A stretch of 64,000 nt of DNA from Planctomycetia bacterium. GTDB taxonomy: Bacteria; Planctomycetota; Planctomycetia; Pirellulales; UBA1268. Positions within the stretch are counted from its first letter, which is position 1; each line of letters opens with the position of its first letter. Shown in pieces: positions 39,695 through 49,006 of the stretch. The stretch lies in contig RFRL01000001.1 of the NCBI GenBank assembly GCA_009924545.1, forward strand, positions 4,272 through 68,271, given 5' to 3'. Both the position numbers and the translations under genes were made by a program. The notes below the pieces were generated by a model that saw only the letters and a list, made by a program, of their open reading frames with translations, searched no databases and had not been told where the DNA came from.

Positions 39695-42577
39695 TCACGG
39701 CGCACCTTCCACGAGGAACCCGTCGACGTCGATCGCCAGACGGTCGTCGAGGAGGATCGCGGCCGGCTCGGCCGGTGATGTGCCTTCCGCGGGGCGGGGG
39801 AGCATCGCCCCGATGACGAGACAGCGGGTGTCCCCCGCGTCGAGCCCCGGAAACGGTGGCAACCCGAGCGCCGCGCGCTGGTGCGCCACGGGCCAGATGA
39901 CGGCCCCGTTGACCACGCGCCCGAGCGACTCCGGTCGCAGCGGCACGTCGTGACCGGCGGGAACTCGGGCCGCCGGGGTGTTCATCGCCACCAGCGCCTG
40001 CCCACCGGCGACGGCCAGGGCGGTCACCGGTTCGATCCGGAAGCGGCGCTGGAAGGCCGCCGCAGCCGCCACGGCCCGGCCCCGGGCGGCCGGCGCGGCG
40101 ATCGGGATCACCACCGCGTCGAGGCCTGCCGGCAGCATGATCGTGTCGGGCGTCGCGGTGAGTGCTTCGACCTGGGCGACAGAGGCGAGCCAGATGGTGG
40201 CCCCCTGGCTCTGCAGGGACCGCGCCAGACGGCCGGCATCGACCGCAAACTCGATCGATTCTCCACGGATCGCCAACTGCCGCGCGGCGTGGGGGCCGAA
40301 CGACCTCCCCAGCGGATCGTCCTTGGCGAGCGACGACACGAGCACGTCACCGGCCTTCACGAGACAGGCGCCGTCGAAGGCCTCGGCCATCGCCGCCAGC
40401 GCCGCCTCGTCGACGGGCCCGTCGCCGGGCCCGCCACTGGATCGGCCCGCGCCGGCGACCAACCGGCGCCGGACGGCTCTGGCCGCGAGCTCCTGCAGCG
40501 CCAGCCGGGCCATCTCCGGCGGCGTCCCCACGGGCAGGGGTGGGCCGAAGGTGAGGGTCACCGGACGGTGCCAGCGGCTCCAGCGCTTGGTGCCGAAAAA
40601 CCGACCTTCGGCGAAGGAAAACCGGCTCCCCCACAGCCCGTCGATCGAGAGCGGCTGTATTGGCGCCTCGACCCGTTCGAGGAGCCAGCCCAGGCCGCGC
40701 TTGAATCCCAGCACCTGACCGGTGCGGGCGATCCCCCCCTCGGAGAAGATCCCCACGACGTCGCCGTCGCGGAGCCCCGCCTGCATCGTCTTGAGGGCGG
40801 TGCCGATCGACTTGGGTCGGGGGTCGAAGAGGATGAAGCGCCACTGGTCGGCGAGCATGCGCAGGAAGCGGGCCTGGATGTTGGGCCCGTAGACCACCAT
40901 CCGGACCGGTCTCGGAGCGGCCAGGGTGACGAGGAATCCGTCCAGCCACGACACGTGATTGGCCACCACCACCACCGGGCCGGTGGCAGGCATGGCCGCG
41001 GTGTTCTCGACACGGATCCGGTACCCGGCGTGGACGATCGTCGACACCACCATCCGCAGCGTCGCCCGGGGGGCGCACCACACCGCGGCGGCCGCCGCAC
41101 CGACCGACAGCAGGGCGAAGATCCCGAACACGCCCCGCGCCGACACCAGCGGCACGGCGGCGGTGCCGTCGGCGGCGGCCGCGGCTGCCCCAGACGCATC
41201 CGAGAGGAAGTTGCCCGCGGCCATCCCCACCAGCGTCGCCGCAAGGCTCACCAGGGCGAACACGCCGTTGGCCCCCGAGAGGGCGGTGCGCGGCACCGCC
41301 TCCGCGATCGAGCCGATCATCGCCGGGGCCATGAGCGCCGCCTGGCATCCGATGAGGATCACGGTGCCCAGGAGCAACCACAGACCCGGCGGGAGGCTGG
41401 CCGACGGCTGGTCGGTGGGCGCTCGGAGGAGGCCGTAGAGGAGCGAGGCGATCATCATCCCGGCGAACGTGAGGAGGTTGAGTCCCGCAAGGAGGCCACC
41501 CCGGCGCTGCTCCGGGGAGCGCTCCTGGTAATGGGCCTCGAGCGGCACGTCGAACATCCCGGCACCGAACCCCAGCAGGCCGAGCAGCGCCGCGGCAAGG
41601 CCCCATGCCCCCGGACGGATGCCGTCGGGGGTGAAGATCGTGGCCGGCCCCAGTGCCAAGGCCAGCGACGCCACCGCCATCAAGAGCCCACCGACCGGCA
41701 CCAACCCCAGATTGACCCCGCCCACGGAGAGGCGCCCCGCCGTCACGCTCCCCAGGCCGATCCCCACCACCAGCGCGAGCAACATCGGCACCGCTTGCCC
41801 CTGCGATGACGCGCCGGCCTCGGCCACGTACTGGTCGACGTTGAGCTGCGCCACCGCCCCCAGCGCCCAAAAGAAGACGATCCCCGCCGCGGAGGCGAGC
41901 AACTCCGGCGCGGCGAACAGTTCGCGGAGGTCGCTCCACGTCCGCCCCAGTGCGTTGAACGGCGGCGGTGCCAGCGGATCGGCCGCCGGCCGGGCGGCGA
42001 GGCGCAGGCTCGCCAACCAGCCGGCGGCGGCGATGCCGACCAGCGCCATGGCCGCCGGCACCGTCCCGGTCCAACCGGCGAAGGCGCCGCCGGGGCGGGT
42101 GTTCCACGCCATCGTGGCCGCCGCCGCGCCGACGATGAAGATCTCCGCCACTTTGCACCACACCACCACCGCGCGCTTGGGATAGCGGTCGGCGAGCCAC
42201 CCGGCGAGCCAGGCCAGGGCCACGAAGGGGAGCACGAAACCGGCCGTGCCGATGGTGAGCACCAGCGCCGTGCCGGCCGCCCCGGCGGCGCGCTTGCCCA
42301 GACCGATCGCCAACCAACGCAACAGGTTGTCGTTGACCACGGTCAGGCCGCGGGCCGCGAGGAGCGCGGGGAACGCCCCGGCGGGGATCGAGAGGACCAA
42401 ATCGTCCGCGGCAGCGGCGTTACCGCGCTCCGAGGCAGCAGCGGGCGGAGCACCACCGGAGGAGGCATCGCGGTGGGAACGACGGTGATCCACACAGGGC
42501 TCGCTGGTGGGGTGATGACGGCTGGGGCGACGGGAGGGGCAGGACCACCTCCGGGAGGCGACAAAGCGTCCCCGCAA
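39695..42577 (-). CDS. fusion protein: MFS (LplT-like lysophospholipid transporter) + PlsC-type acyltransferase + short C-terminal domain of unclear function
   Basis: A single 960-codon ORF. The N-terminal roughly 540 aa are polytopic and MFS-like (LADRYPKRAVVV, ERSPEQRRGGLLAGLN). Then comes the acyltransferase HX4D motif VVVANHVSWLDGFLV and FSEGGIARTG. The last roughly 235 aa carry only faint adenylate-forming-like remnants. The start (42577) is uncertain because the first roughly 60 codons are R/S/P-rich. Confidence 0.75.
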   Translation of the reverse strand: MRGRFVASRRWSCPSRRPSRHHPTSEPCVDHRRSHRDASSGGAPPAAASERGNAAAADDLVLSIPAGAFPALLAARGLTVVNDNLLRWLAIGLGKRAAGAAGTALVLTIGTAGFVLPFVALAWLAGWLADRYPKRAVVVWCKVAEIFIVGAAAATMAWNTRPGGAFAGWTGTVPAAMALVGIAAAGWLASLRLAARPAADPLAPPPFNALGRTWSDLRELFAAPELLASAAGIVFFWALGAVAQLNVDQYVAEAGASSQGQAVPMLLALVVGIGLGSVTAGRLSVGGVNLGLVPVGGLLMAVASLALALGPATIFTPDGIRPGAWGLAAALLGLLGFGAGMFDVPLEAHYQERSPEQRRGGLLAGLNLLTFAGMMIASLLYGLLRAPTDQPSASLPPGLWLLLGTVILIGCQAALMAPAMIGSIAEAVPRTALSGANGVFALVSLAATLVGMAAGNFLSDASGAAAAAADGTAAVPLVSARGVFGIFALLSVGAAAAAVWCAPRATLRMVVSTIVHAGYRIRVENTAAMPATGPVVVVANHVSWLDGFLVTLAAPRPVRMVVYGPNIQARFLRMLADQWRFILFDPRPKSIGTALKTMQAGLRDGDVVGIFSEGGIARTGQVLGFKRGLGWLLERVEAPIQPLSIDGLWGSRFSFAEGRFFGTKRWSRWHRPVTLTFGPPLPVGTPPEMARLALQELAARAVRRRLVAGAGRSSGGPGDGPVDEAALAAMAEAFDGACLVKAGDVLVSSLAKDDPLGRSFGPHAARQLAIRGESIEFAVDAGRLARSLQSQGATIWLASVAQVEALTATPDTIMLPAGLDAVVIPIAAPAARGRAVAAAAAFQRRFRIEPVTALAVAGGQALVAMNTPAARVPAGHDVPLRPESLGRVVNGAVIWPVAHQRAALGLPPFPGLDAGDTRCLVIGAMLPRPAEGTSPAEPAAILLDDRLAIDVDGFLVEGAP

Positions 42578-42766
42578 GGAGGTCGGTCGTTTGCAGCCTC
42601 CCGCCGGGGCGTCGTATTCTTCCGGTTGTCACGCGGATTCCACAAGCAGGGTTCCGGTCGGCTGCGGGTCCGCCGCAACGCGTGCACCCGCTGCCGCGGC
42701 CGCCGCGGTAACGCCAGCGTTACACATCCCGAATCCTCCGAACCGCGCTCCCGCAGGGAACCACCC

Positions 42767-43420
42767 ATGATCACTCCCGCCCGCGTCCGCCAGGCCCGGA
42801 TGCCGACGCTGACCTTGGTTGTGGCGATCGGCACCATGCTCGCCGCGGCCACGGTCCCGCAGTCTGCTGTGGGCCAGACGCTCGTCTACCGGCCGGTGGT
42901 GCCGATGTTCGCCCCGGCGGCCGGCCCCTACGTGGCCAACTATTCGCCGGTGGGGAATTACGCGGCCGTGACGGCGTTCTCGCCGCCGGTGGTCCAGGCG
43001 GCCCCGCTGGCTTCGGTCGCGTTGCCGGTGGTCGAGACGGTGCCCTCGAGCTCGCTGGGAAACACCGGCTACACGCCGGTGGCGCTGTCGCCGCTGCCCG
43101 CGCTGGCGCCGCAGATGGTGGCTGCGACCCGCACGACCTATTACGCGCCGACCTACGCAGCGACCGGCTACGCCGCGGCACCGTCAGCCGGCGTTACGGT
43201 CGTCGGCTACGGAAGCGTGACCACTCCGGTGGCCGCCCCAACGATCGTGACTGCCGGCTATGCGCCGGTAGCCGGCTATGCACCGGTGACAGCGAGCTAC
43301 GCACCCGCGGTCATGCCGGTCGTCCCGGTGGCACCTGCGGCCGTCATGGTGCCACTGCGGCGCGGACTGTTCGGCGGCCTCCGGCCAATGCGTTCCGGAT
43401 ACGTGTATCCGGCGTGGTGA
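42767..43420 (+). CDS. secreted low-complexity A/P/V/Y/T-rich protein (217 aa)
   Basis: From the ATG at 42767 (MITPARVRQARMPTLTLVVAIGTMLAAATVPQSAVGQ, a signal peptide). The remainder consists of YAP/VAP-type short repeats (GYAPVAGYAPVTASYAPAVMPVVPVAPAAV). Coding status is supported mainly by the signal peptide and the open frame. Confidence 0.5.
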   Translation: MITPARVRQARMPTLTLVVAIGTMLAAATVPQSAVGQTLVYRPVVPMFAPAAGPYVANYSPVGNYAAVTAFSPPVVQAAPLASVALPVVETVPSSSLGNTGYTPVALSPLPALAPQMVAATRTTYYAPTYAATGYAAAPSAGVTVVGYGSVTTPVAAPTIVTAGYAPVAGYAPVTASYAPAVMPVVPVAPAAVMVPLRRGLFGGLRPMRSGYVYPAW

Positions 43421-43555
43421 GGAACGGTGGGCGTGACCCGGCGGCCTGATTTTCCGGCCGTTGTCCGGACGATCGGGCTGGCAGTGCAGCGCCGTCTCCC
43501 CTGCACCCGGCGCGGGCTGCGGCATTCCGACCGGCCGCAGGGCTTGCCCGTTTTC

Positions 43556-43583
43556 TTGACCAACCCCCCCCGCACCCTATAGT
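43556..43583 (+). promoter_or_regulatory. candidate sigma70-type promoter (TTGACC-16 nt-TATAGT) upstream of the carotenoid-type gene block
   Basis: TTGACC at 43556-43561, a 16-nt C-rich spacer, then TATAGT at 43578-43583, about 80 nt upstream of the ATG at 43664. AT-rich hexamers stand out in this GC-rich DNA. Motif match only. Confidence 0.35.
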
Positions 43584-43663
43584 GACGGGCCGTCTGGATC
43601 CCGGGCGGCGGTCCCCGTTCATCGGCCCAAAGTGTCCGCCCCGGCGACGAGTGCAGCGAACGG

Positions 43664-45214
43664 ATGGCGCGAACAGTCAACATCATCGGGGCGGGGCCGG
43701 GCGGCCTGGCGATCGCCATGCTCCTGGCCAACGCCGGGGTGCGCGTCCGGGTGCTCGAGCGACTCGCCGTGCCGGGTGGACGCACCAGCACGATCACGGG
43801 CCCGGGTGGCTTCCGGTTCGACCTCGGACCGACGTTTTTCCTTTACCCGCGCGTCCTCGAGGAGATCTTCTCCACCTGCGGGTACGACTTGCGGCGCGAA
43901 GTGGAGATGGTCCGTCTCGACCCGCAGTACCGCCTCGTGTTCGGCGCCGGCGGGGAATTGCTCGCCACGCCCGATATCGCCCGGATGGAAGCCGAGGTCT
44001 CGCGGCTGTCGCCGGCCGACCGCGGGGCGTTCACGCGGTTCATGGAGGCGACACGGACGAAGTTCTCCCGGTTCGCGCCGTTCCTCGAGCAGCCGTTCCA
44101 GAGTTGGTTCGACCTGGCCAACCCCGATCTCCTCAAACTCGTGCCGCTGCTCAAGCCCTGGAAGAGCCTCGACGCCGAACTGGGTTCTTTTTTCAGTGAT
44201 GAGCGGGTGCGACTGGCGTTCACGTTCCAGTCGAAATACCTGGGGATGTCGCCGTTCCGCTGCCCGAGCCTGTTCTCCATCCTCTCGTTCCTGGAATACG
44301 AACACGGCGTTTACCACCCGATCGGCGGTTGCGGCGCCGTGTCGACGGCGATGGCCCGGCTCGCCGAGGAAATGGGTGTGGAGATCCATTACGGCGAAGC
44401 GGTGGAGTCGTTGCGTTTCGAGGGCCGGGCGATCGCTGCGGTGCGGACCACGGCCCGGGAGTACGAGGCCGATGCCACCGTGGTCAACGCCGACTTCGCC
44501 CGGTCGATGACCCGGCTCGTGCCCGACGGCCTGCGGCGGCGGTGGAACGACCGCAAGCTGTCGGCGTCGCGGTTCTCCTGCTCCACGTTCATGCTCTACC
44601 TCGGCATCGACGGGCTTTACGACCAGGTGCCGCACCACACGATTTACCTCTCCGAGAACTACCGCGACAACCTCGCCGACATCGAGAAGCGGCACCGGCT
44701 CTCGGCCGATCCGTCGATGTATGTGCAAAACGCCTGCATCACCGACCCGAGCCTGGCACCGTCCGGCCACAGCACGCTCTACGTGCTCATCCCCGTGACC
44801 CACCGCCATCCCAACGTCGACTGGTCACGGGAGGCTGCCGGCTATCGTGAGATCGCCCTCGACCAACTCGGCCGGATGGGGATCACCGGGGTGCGCGAGC
44901 GGATTCGCTACGAGCGGATGATTACCCCCGACGACTGGGAGCAGGGCTTCGAGATCCACAACGGGGCGACCTTCAACCTGTCGCACGACCTCGGGCAGAT
45001 GCTCCACATGCGGCCGCACAACCGCTTCGAAGACCTGGAGCGGACGTATCTGGTCGGTGGCGGCACCCATCCTGGCAGTGGTCTGCCGGTGATCTACTCT
45101 TCAGCGCGGATCACCGCGGACCTGCTCTTCGACGACCTTGGCGTGGGGGCACCGGGCCCCCGCGGCGACGTCACCCGGCCGGGCCGGCGCACGGGTGAAC
45201 CGGCGGCGGTGTAG
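43664..45214 (+). CDS. CrtI-family FAD-dependent carotenoid desaturase/oxidase (phytoene/squalene/diapophytoene desaturase-like), copy 1
   Basis: Dinucleotide-binding motif NIIGAGPGGLAIAMLLANAGVRVRVLERLAVPGGR. Family C-terminal motif TYLVGGGTHPGSGLPVIYSSA. Length 516 aa. Confidence 0.85.
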   Translation: MARTVNIIGAGPGGLAIAMLLANAGVRVRVLERLAVPGGRTSTITGPGGFRFDLGPTFFLYPRVLEEIFSTCGYDLRREVEMVRLDPQYRLVFGAGGELLATPDIARMEAEVSRLSPADRGAFTRFMEATRTKFSRFAPFLEQPFQSWFDLANPDLLKLVPLLKPWKSLDAELGSFFSDERVRLAFTFQSKYLGMSPFRCPSLFSILSFLEYEHGVYHPIGGCGAVSTAMARLAEEMGVEIHYGEAVESLRFEGRAIAAVRTTAREYEADATVVNADFARSMTRLVPDGLRRRWNDRKLSASRFSCSTFMLYLGIDGLYDQVPHHTIYLSENYRDNLADIEKRHRLSADPSMYVQNACITDPSLAPSGHSTLYVLIPVTHRHPNVDWSREAAGYREIALDQLGRMGITGVRERIRYERMITPDDWEQGFEIHNGATFNLSHDLGQMLHMRPHNRFEDLERTYLVGGGTHPGSGLPVIYSSARITADLLFDDLGVGAPGPRGDVTRPGRRTGEPAAV

Positions 45215-45375
45215 GCTGGTGAACCGCAACGCAGGCGGGACCGGCGGGTTTCGGCGACGGCCTTCACGCGGATCGTCGCAGCCGGCAGGCGGGTGGAGTG
45301 TGGTTGCCGGGGGGCGGGCCGGCGGTGCCGGAAGGACGGTGCGGATCGATGGGCCGGAGTGACGCGGGGGCGAGC

Positions 45376-46941
45376 ATGAACCAGGTGGACGGGTCGCGAC
45401 GCGTGGTGGTGGTGGGTGGGGGCCTCGCCGGTCTGGCGAGCGCCTGCACCCTCGCCGCACGCGGCTATGCGGTGACGCTCTGCGAGGCCAATCCGTGGGT
45501 CGGAGGCAAGGCCGCCGTCCTCGCGGAACAAGGCTTCCGCTTCGACATGGGCCCCACGATCCTCACCATCCCGGGAGTGCTGCGCCGGATCTACGCCGAG
45601 GCCGACCGCGAGTTGGAGACAGCCCTCGACCTCGTGCCGCTCGACCCGCAGTGGCGCAGTTTCTTCACCGACGGCTCGACGCTCGACCTGGTCGCCGACG
45701 TCCCGCAGATGCAGCGCACCCTGGAGGCCTACGCGCCGGGCAGCGGTGCGGCAGCGGGCTACGGCCGGTTCATGGATCTTGCCGAACGGCTCCACCGCCT
45801 CTCGGACGAGTTCTTTTTCTGGCGGAGCGTCGGTGGGATGCGCGACATGTTCGACCCACGCCGCGGGATGACGCTGTCGGTGCTCACGGAAGTGATGCAC
45901 ATGCGCCCGGGCCACAGCGTGGCCGGCACCGTGCGGAGCTTCGTCCGCGAGCCGCGGGCGGCGCAGATGCTCGACCATTTCACCCAATATGTGGGCAGTG
46001 CGCCTGACGCCTCGCCGGCGGTGCTCTGTGGCATCGCACACATGCAGTCCCACGACGGTGTCTGGTATCCCCGCGGGGGGACGGGGGCCGTGCCGCGGGC
46101 CCTGTCGAGCCTGGCCATCGACCTCGGGGTCGAGATCCGCACGCGCACGCCGGTGGAGCGGATCCTCGTCGACGAGGGCCGGGTCCGCGGGGTGGAGACG
46201 GCCCACGGGGAGCGCATCCTCGCCGACGTCGTGGTCAGCAACGGCGACAGCGTGCGCACCCACCGCGAGTTGCTCGAACCACCCAGCGGCGAGCGCTTCT
46301 TCGGCCGCCGGCGGTACGAGCCGGCCTGCTCGGGGGTGGTCCTGTACTTGGGGCTCGACCGCCGCTACGAGCAACTCATCCACCACAACTTCGTCTTTTC
46401 AGCCGATCCTCACGAGGAGTTCGAGGCGATCTACCGGCGCGGCGAGCCGGCGCCCGACCCCACGTGCTATGTCTGCGCCCCCGCGGTCACCGAGCCGGGT
46501 GTGGCGCCGCCGGGGGGCGAAGCGCTGTATGTCCTCGTCCACACTCCCTACCTGCGGCCGCACCACGACTGGAAGGCGATGTTCCCCGCCTACCGGAAGC
46601 GGATCATCGAGAAGCTGGAGACGACCGCAGGCCTGCACGACCTGGAACGGCACATCGTCTTCGAGCGGGCACTCACTCCCCAGGACATCCACGATCGCTA
46701 CCGCGTCCTCGACGGGGCGATCTACGGGCTGGCCAGTCACGGCCGGTTCTTCGGCGCGTTCAAACCGGCCAACCGATCGCCCGACGTGCGTGGGCTGTAC
46801 CTCGCCGGCGGCGCCGCCCATCCCGGTCCGGGCATGCCGATGGTGCTGATGTCGGGCTGGATCGCCGCCGATTGCGTGGACCGTGACCGAGTGGTCGAGC
46901 CGGTACAGGCCCCCCGGACGACCGCCACCTGCCCGGCCTGA
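45376..46941 (+). CDS. CrtI-family FAD-dependent carotenoid desaturase/oxidase, copy 2
   Basis: From the ATG at 45376 (MNQVDGSRRVVVVGGGLAGLASACTLAARGYAVTLCEANPWVGGK). C-terminal motif LYLAGGAAHPGPGMPMVLMSG. The alternative start at 45349 or 45298 is possible. Confidence 0.85.
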   Translation: MNQVDGSRRVVVVGGGLAGLASACTLAARGYAVTLCEANPWVGGKAAVLAEQGFRFDMGPTILTIPGVLRRIYAEADRELETALDLVPLDPQWRSFFTDGSTLDLVADVPQMQRTLEAYAPGSGAAAGYGRFMDLAERLHRLSDEFFFWRSVGGMRDMFDPRRGMTLSVLTEVMHMRPGHSVAGTVRSFVREPRAAQMLDHFTQYVGSAPDASPAVLCGIAHMQSHDGVWYPRGGTGAVPRALSSLAIDLGVEIRTRTPVERILVDEGRVRGVETAHGERILADVVVSNGDSVRTHRELLEPPSGERFFGRRRYEPACSGVVLYLGLDRRYEQLIHHNFVFSADPHEEFEAIYRRGEPAPDPTCYVCAPAVTEPGVAPPGGEALYVLVHTPYLRPHHDWKAMFPAYRKRIIEKLETTAGLHDLERHIVFERALTPQDIHDRYRVLDGAIYGLASHGRFFGAFKPANRSPDVRGLYLAGGAAHPGPGMPMVLMSGWIAADCVDRDRVVEPVQAPRTTATCPA

Positions 46942-46989
46942 TCGCGTCGGTGCGGAGCCCAGCTGGGTCAGGGAAGGGAGCGGACGGCG

Positions 46990-47817
46990 ATGGCGGCCAC
47001 GACCGCGGAATCCGACGGCGGACGTCCCGACGCACTCCCCCCTTTTTCCCACCGGCTCAACGATTGGTTCCTGTGGTACGTGGGCGGCTACCTGCAGCGA
47101 CACTTCCACGCCCTCCGCCTCCTCGCCGATCCCGCCGGGCCACCGCACCCGGGCGACCGCCCGCTGTTGATCTACACCAACCATCCCGGCTGGTGGGATC
47201 CGCTGGTGTTCCTCACCGTGGGCCGGATCCTCTACCCGGGCCGAAAAAGCTACGGACCGATCGATGCCGCGGCCCTGTGTCGCTACCGCTTCCTGGAGCG
47301 GATCGGGTTCATCGGGATCGATCCCGCCAGCCGGTCGGGCGCGGCGCGGTTCCTGCGGATGGCGCGGGCGGCAGCGACACGGCCCGACGTGATCTTCTGG
47401 TGCACGGCGCAGGGGGAATTCGTCGACCCGCGGACCCGACCGCTCCGGCTGCGGCCCGGCATCGCCCACGTGGCCGCGGCGGGGGGCCGCGGCTGGATCC
47501 TCCCGCTGGCGGTCGAGTATCCATTCTGGACCGAGCGTCTCCCCGAGGCGCTGGTGGCATTCGGCACGCCGCTGGAACTGGAACCGGCGGGCGACCCCCG
47601 GGGGTGGCAGGAACGGCTCACGGCGGCGCTCGAGGCCACGCAGGACCGCCTCGCCGCCGCCGCCAGCAGCCGCGACCCGCGGCGGTTCCGCACGCTGCTC
47701 AGCGGACGGGTGGGTGTGGGGGGCCCTTACGACGTGTGGCGCCGACTGGTGGCGCGGCTGCGCGGGCAGCGTTTCGATCCCGCCCACGCGGCCGAACCCC
47801 CGGAGGGCACGCCATGA
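46990..47817 (+). CDS. PlsC-like (lysophospholipid) acyltransferase family protein
   Basis: HX4D motif LIYTNHPGWWDPLVF, and a later CTAQGEF block where the family usually has a second conserved motif. ATGA overlap with the downstream glycosyltransferase. Confidence 0.7.
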   Translation: MAATTAESDGGRPDALPPFSHRLNDWFLWYVGGYLQRHFHALRLLADPAGPPHPGDRPLLIYTNHPGWWDPLVFLTVGRILYPGRKSYGPIDAAALCRYRFLERIGFIGIDPASRSGAARFLRMARAAATRPDVIFWCTAQGEFVDPRTRPLRLRPGIAHVAAAGGRGWILPLAVEYPFWTERLPEALVAFGTPLELEPAGDPRGWQERLTAALEATQDRLAAAASSRDPRRFRTLLSGRVGVGGPYDVWRRLVARLRGQRFDPAHAAEPPEGTP

Positions 47818-48956
47818 CGCTCGCGGTCGTGTGCCTCGCAGCCCTGCTGACGGCGGCTCTCCCCGCCCTTCTCACGTACCGCAACCTCCGGCTCTTCCGG
47901 CCCGCTCCCATGCCCGCCCCCGGACCGCCCCCGCGGGTGTCGGTGCTCGTGCCGGCGCGCGACGAGGCGGCGGCCATCGGCGGGCTCCTCGACCATGTCC
48001 TCGCCAGCCATGGGGTGGATGTGGAGGTGGTGGTCCTCGACGACGACAGCCACGACGACACCCGCGCCATCGTCAGCCGGCGGATGGCCACCGACCCGCG
48101 GGTGCGGCTGGAGGCGGGGCGGCCGCTGCCGCCCGGTTGGTGCGGCAAACAGCACGCCTGCAGCCAACTGGCCGACGCGGCCCGCGCCGACACCTGGGTG
48201 TTCCTCGATGCCGACGTGCGGATCGCCCCGACGGCCCTCGCCCGGGGGCTCGCCTTCCTCGAGAAGAGCGGTGCCGATCTGGCCAGCGGTTTTCCCCGCC
48301 AACTCACCAGCCACGCCGCCGACCGGTTGCTCCTGCCGCTGATCCACTTCATCCTCCTCGGCTTCCTGCCGCTCGACCGCAGCCGCCGCGACGGCACCCC
48401 GGGGCTGGCGGCCGGGTGCGGTCAGTTCTTCATCACGCAACGCCACGCCTACCGGCGGGCGGGCGGCCATGCCGCCATCAGGCAGTCGCTCCACGACGGG
48501 CTCATGCTGCCGCGGGCCTACCGGCGCGCCGGCCTGCGGACCGACATCTTCGACGCCACCGACGTCGCCACCTGCCGGATGTACGCGGGCAACCGGCAGA
48601 CCCTCGCCGGGCTGTCGAAGAACGCCACCGAGGGGATGGGGTCCCCAACCACGATCCTCCCCTTCACGATCCTGCTCGGCTGCGGCCAGGTGCTGCCGGT
48701 GGTGCTCGTCGCTGCCGGGATGGCGACGGGATGGCGGGGTTGGCCGGCGTGGGCCGCGGGCACCGCCACGCTCGCGGCGATCCTCGCCCTGGGCACCCGA
48801 GCCGCACAGGACCGCCGGTTCGGCGCCGGCCGCCTGGGGTGGGTCGGCCATCCATTGGGGGTCTTCGTGCTCCTGGTCATCCAGTGGGTGGCGCTGGCAC
48901 GGAAAGGGCTCGGTCTGTCGACGACGTGGCGCGGACGCGCTCTCCGGCCCCAGTAA
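47814..48956 (+). CDS. membrane glycosyltransferase family 2, CrtQ/HpnI-like
   Basis: N-terminal TM helix, then VSVLVPARDEAAAIG, VVVLDDDSHDDT (the DxD region), PPGWCGKQHAC and FLDADV. The C-terminus is multi-TM. This architecture matches carotenoid/hopanoid-type GT2 enzymes as I remember them. Confidence 0.75.
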   Translation: MTLAVVCLAALLTAALPALLTYRNLRLFRPAPMPAPGPPPRVSVLVPARDEAAAIGGLLDHVLASHGVDVEVVVLDDDSHDDTRAIVSRRMATDPRVRLEAGRPLPPGWCGKQHACSQLADAARADTWVFLDADVRIAPTALARGLAFLEKSGADLASGFPRQLTSHAADRLLLPLIHFILLGFLPLDRSRRDGTPGLAAGCGQFFITQRHAYRRAGGHAAIRQSLHDGLMLPRAYRRAGLRTDIFDATDVATCRMYAGNRQTLAGLSKNATEGMGSPTTILPFTILLGCGQVLPVVLVAAGMATGWRGWPAWAAGTATLAAILALGTRAAQDRRFGAGRLGWVGHPLGVFVLLVIQWVALARKGLGLSTTWRGRALRPQ

Positions 48957-49006
48957 AGACACCTCAGTGACGGCACGTCGGTGACGGGGATCCAGGCGGC
49001 TTCCCG

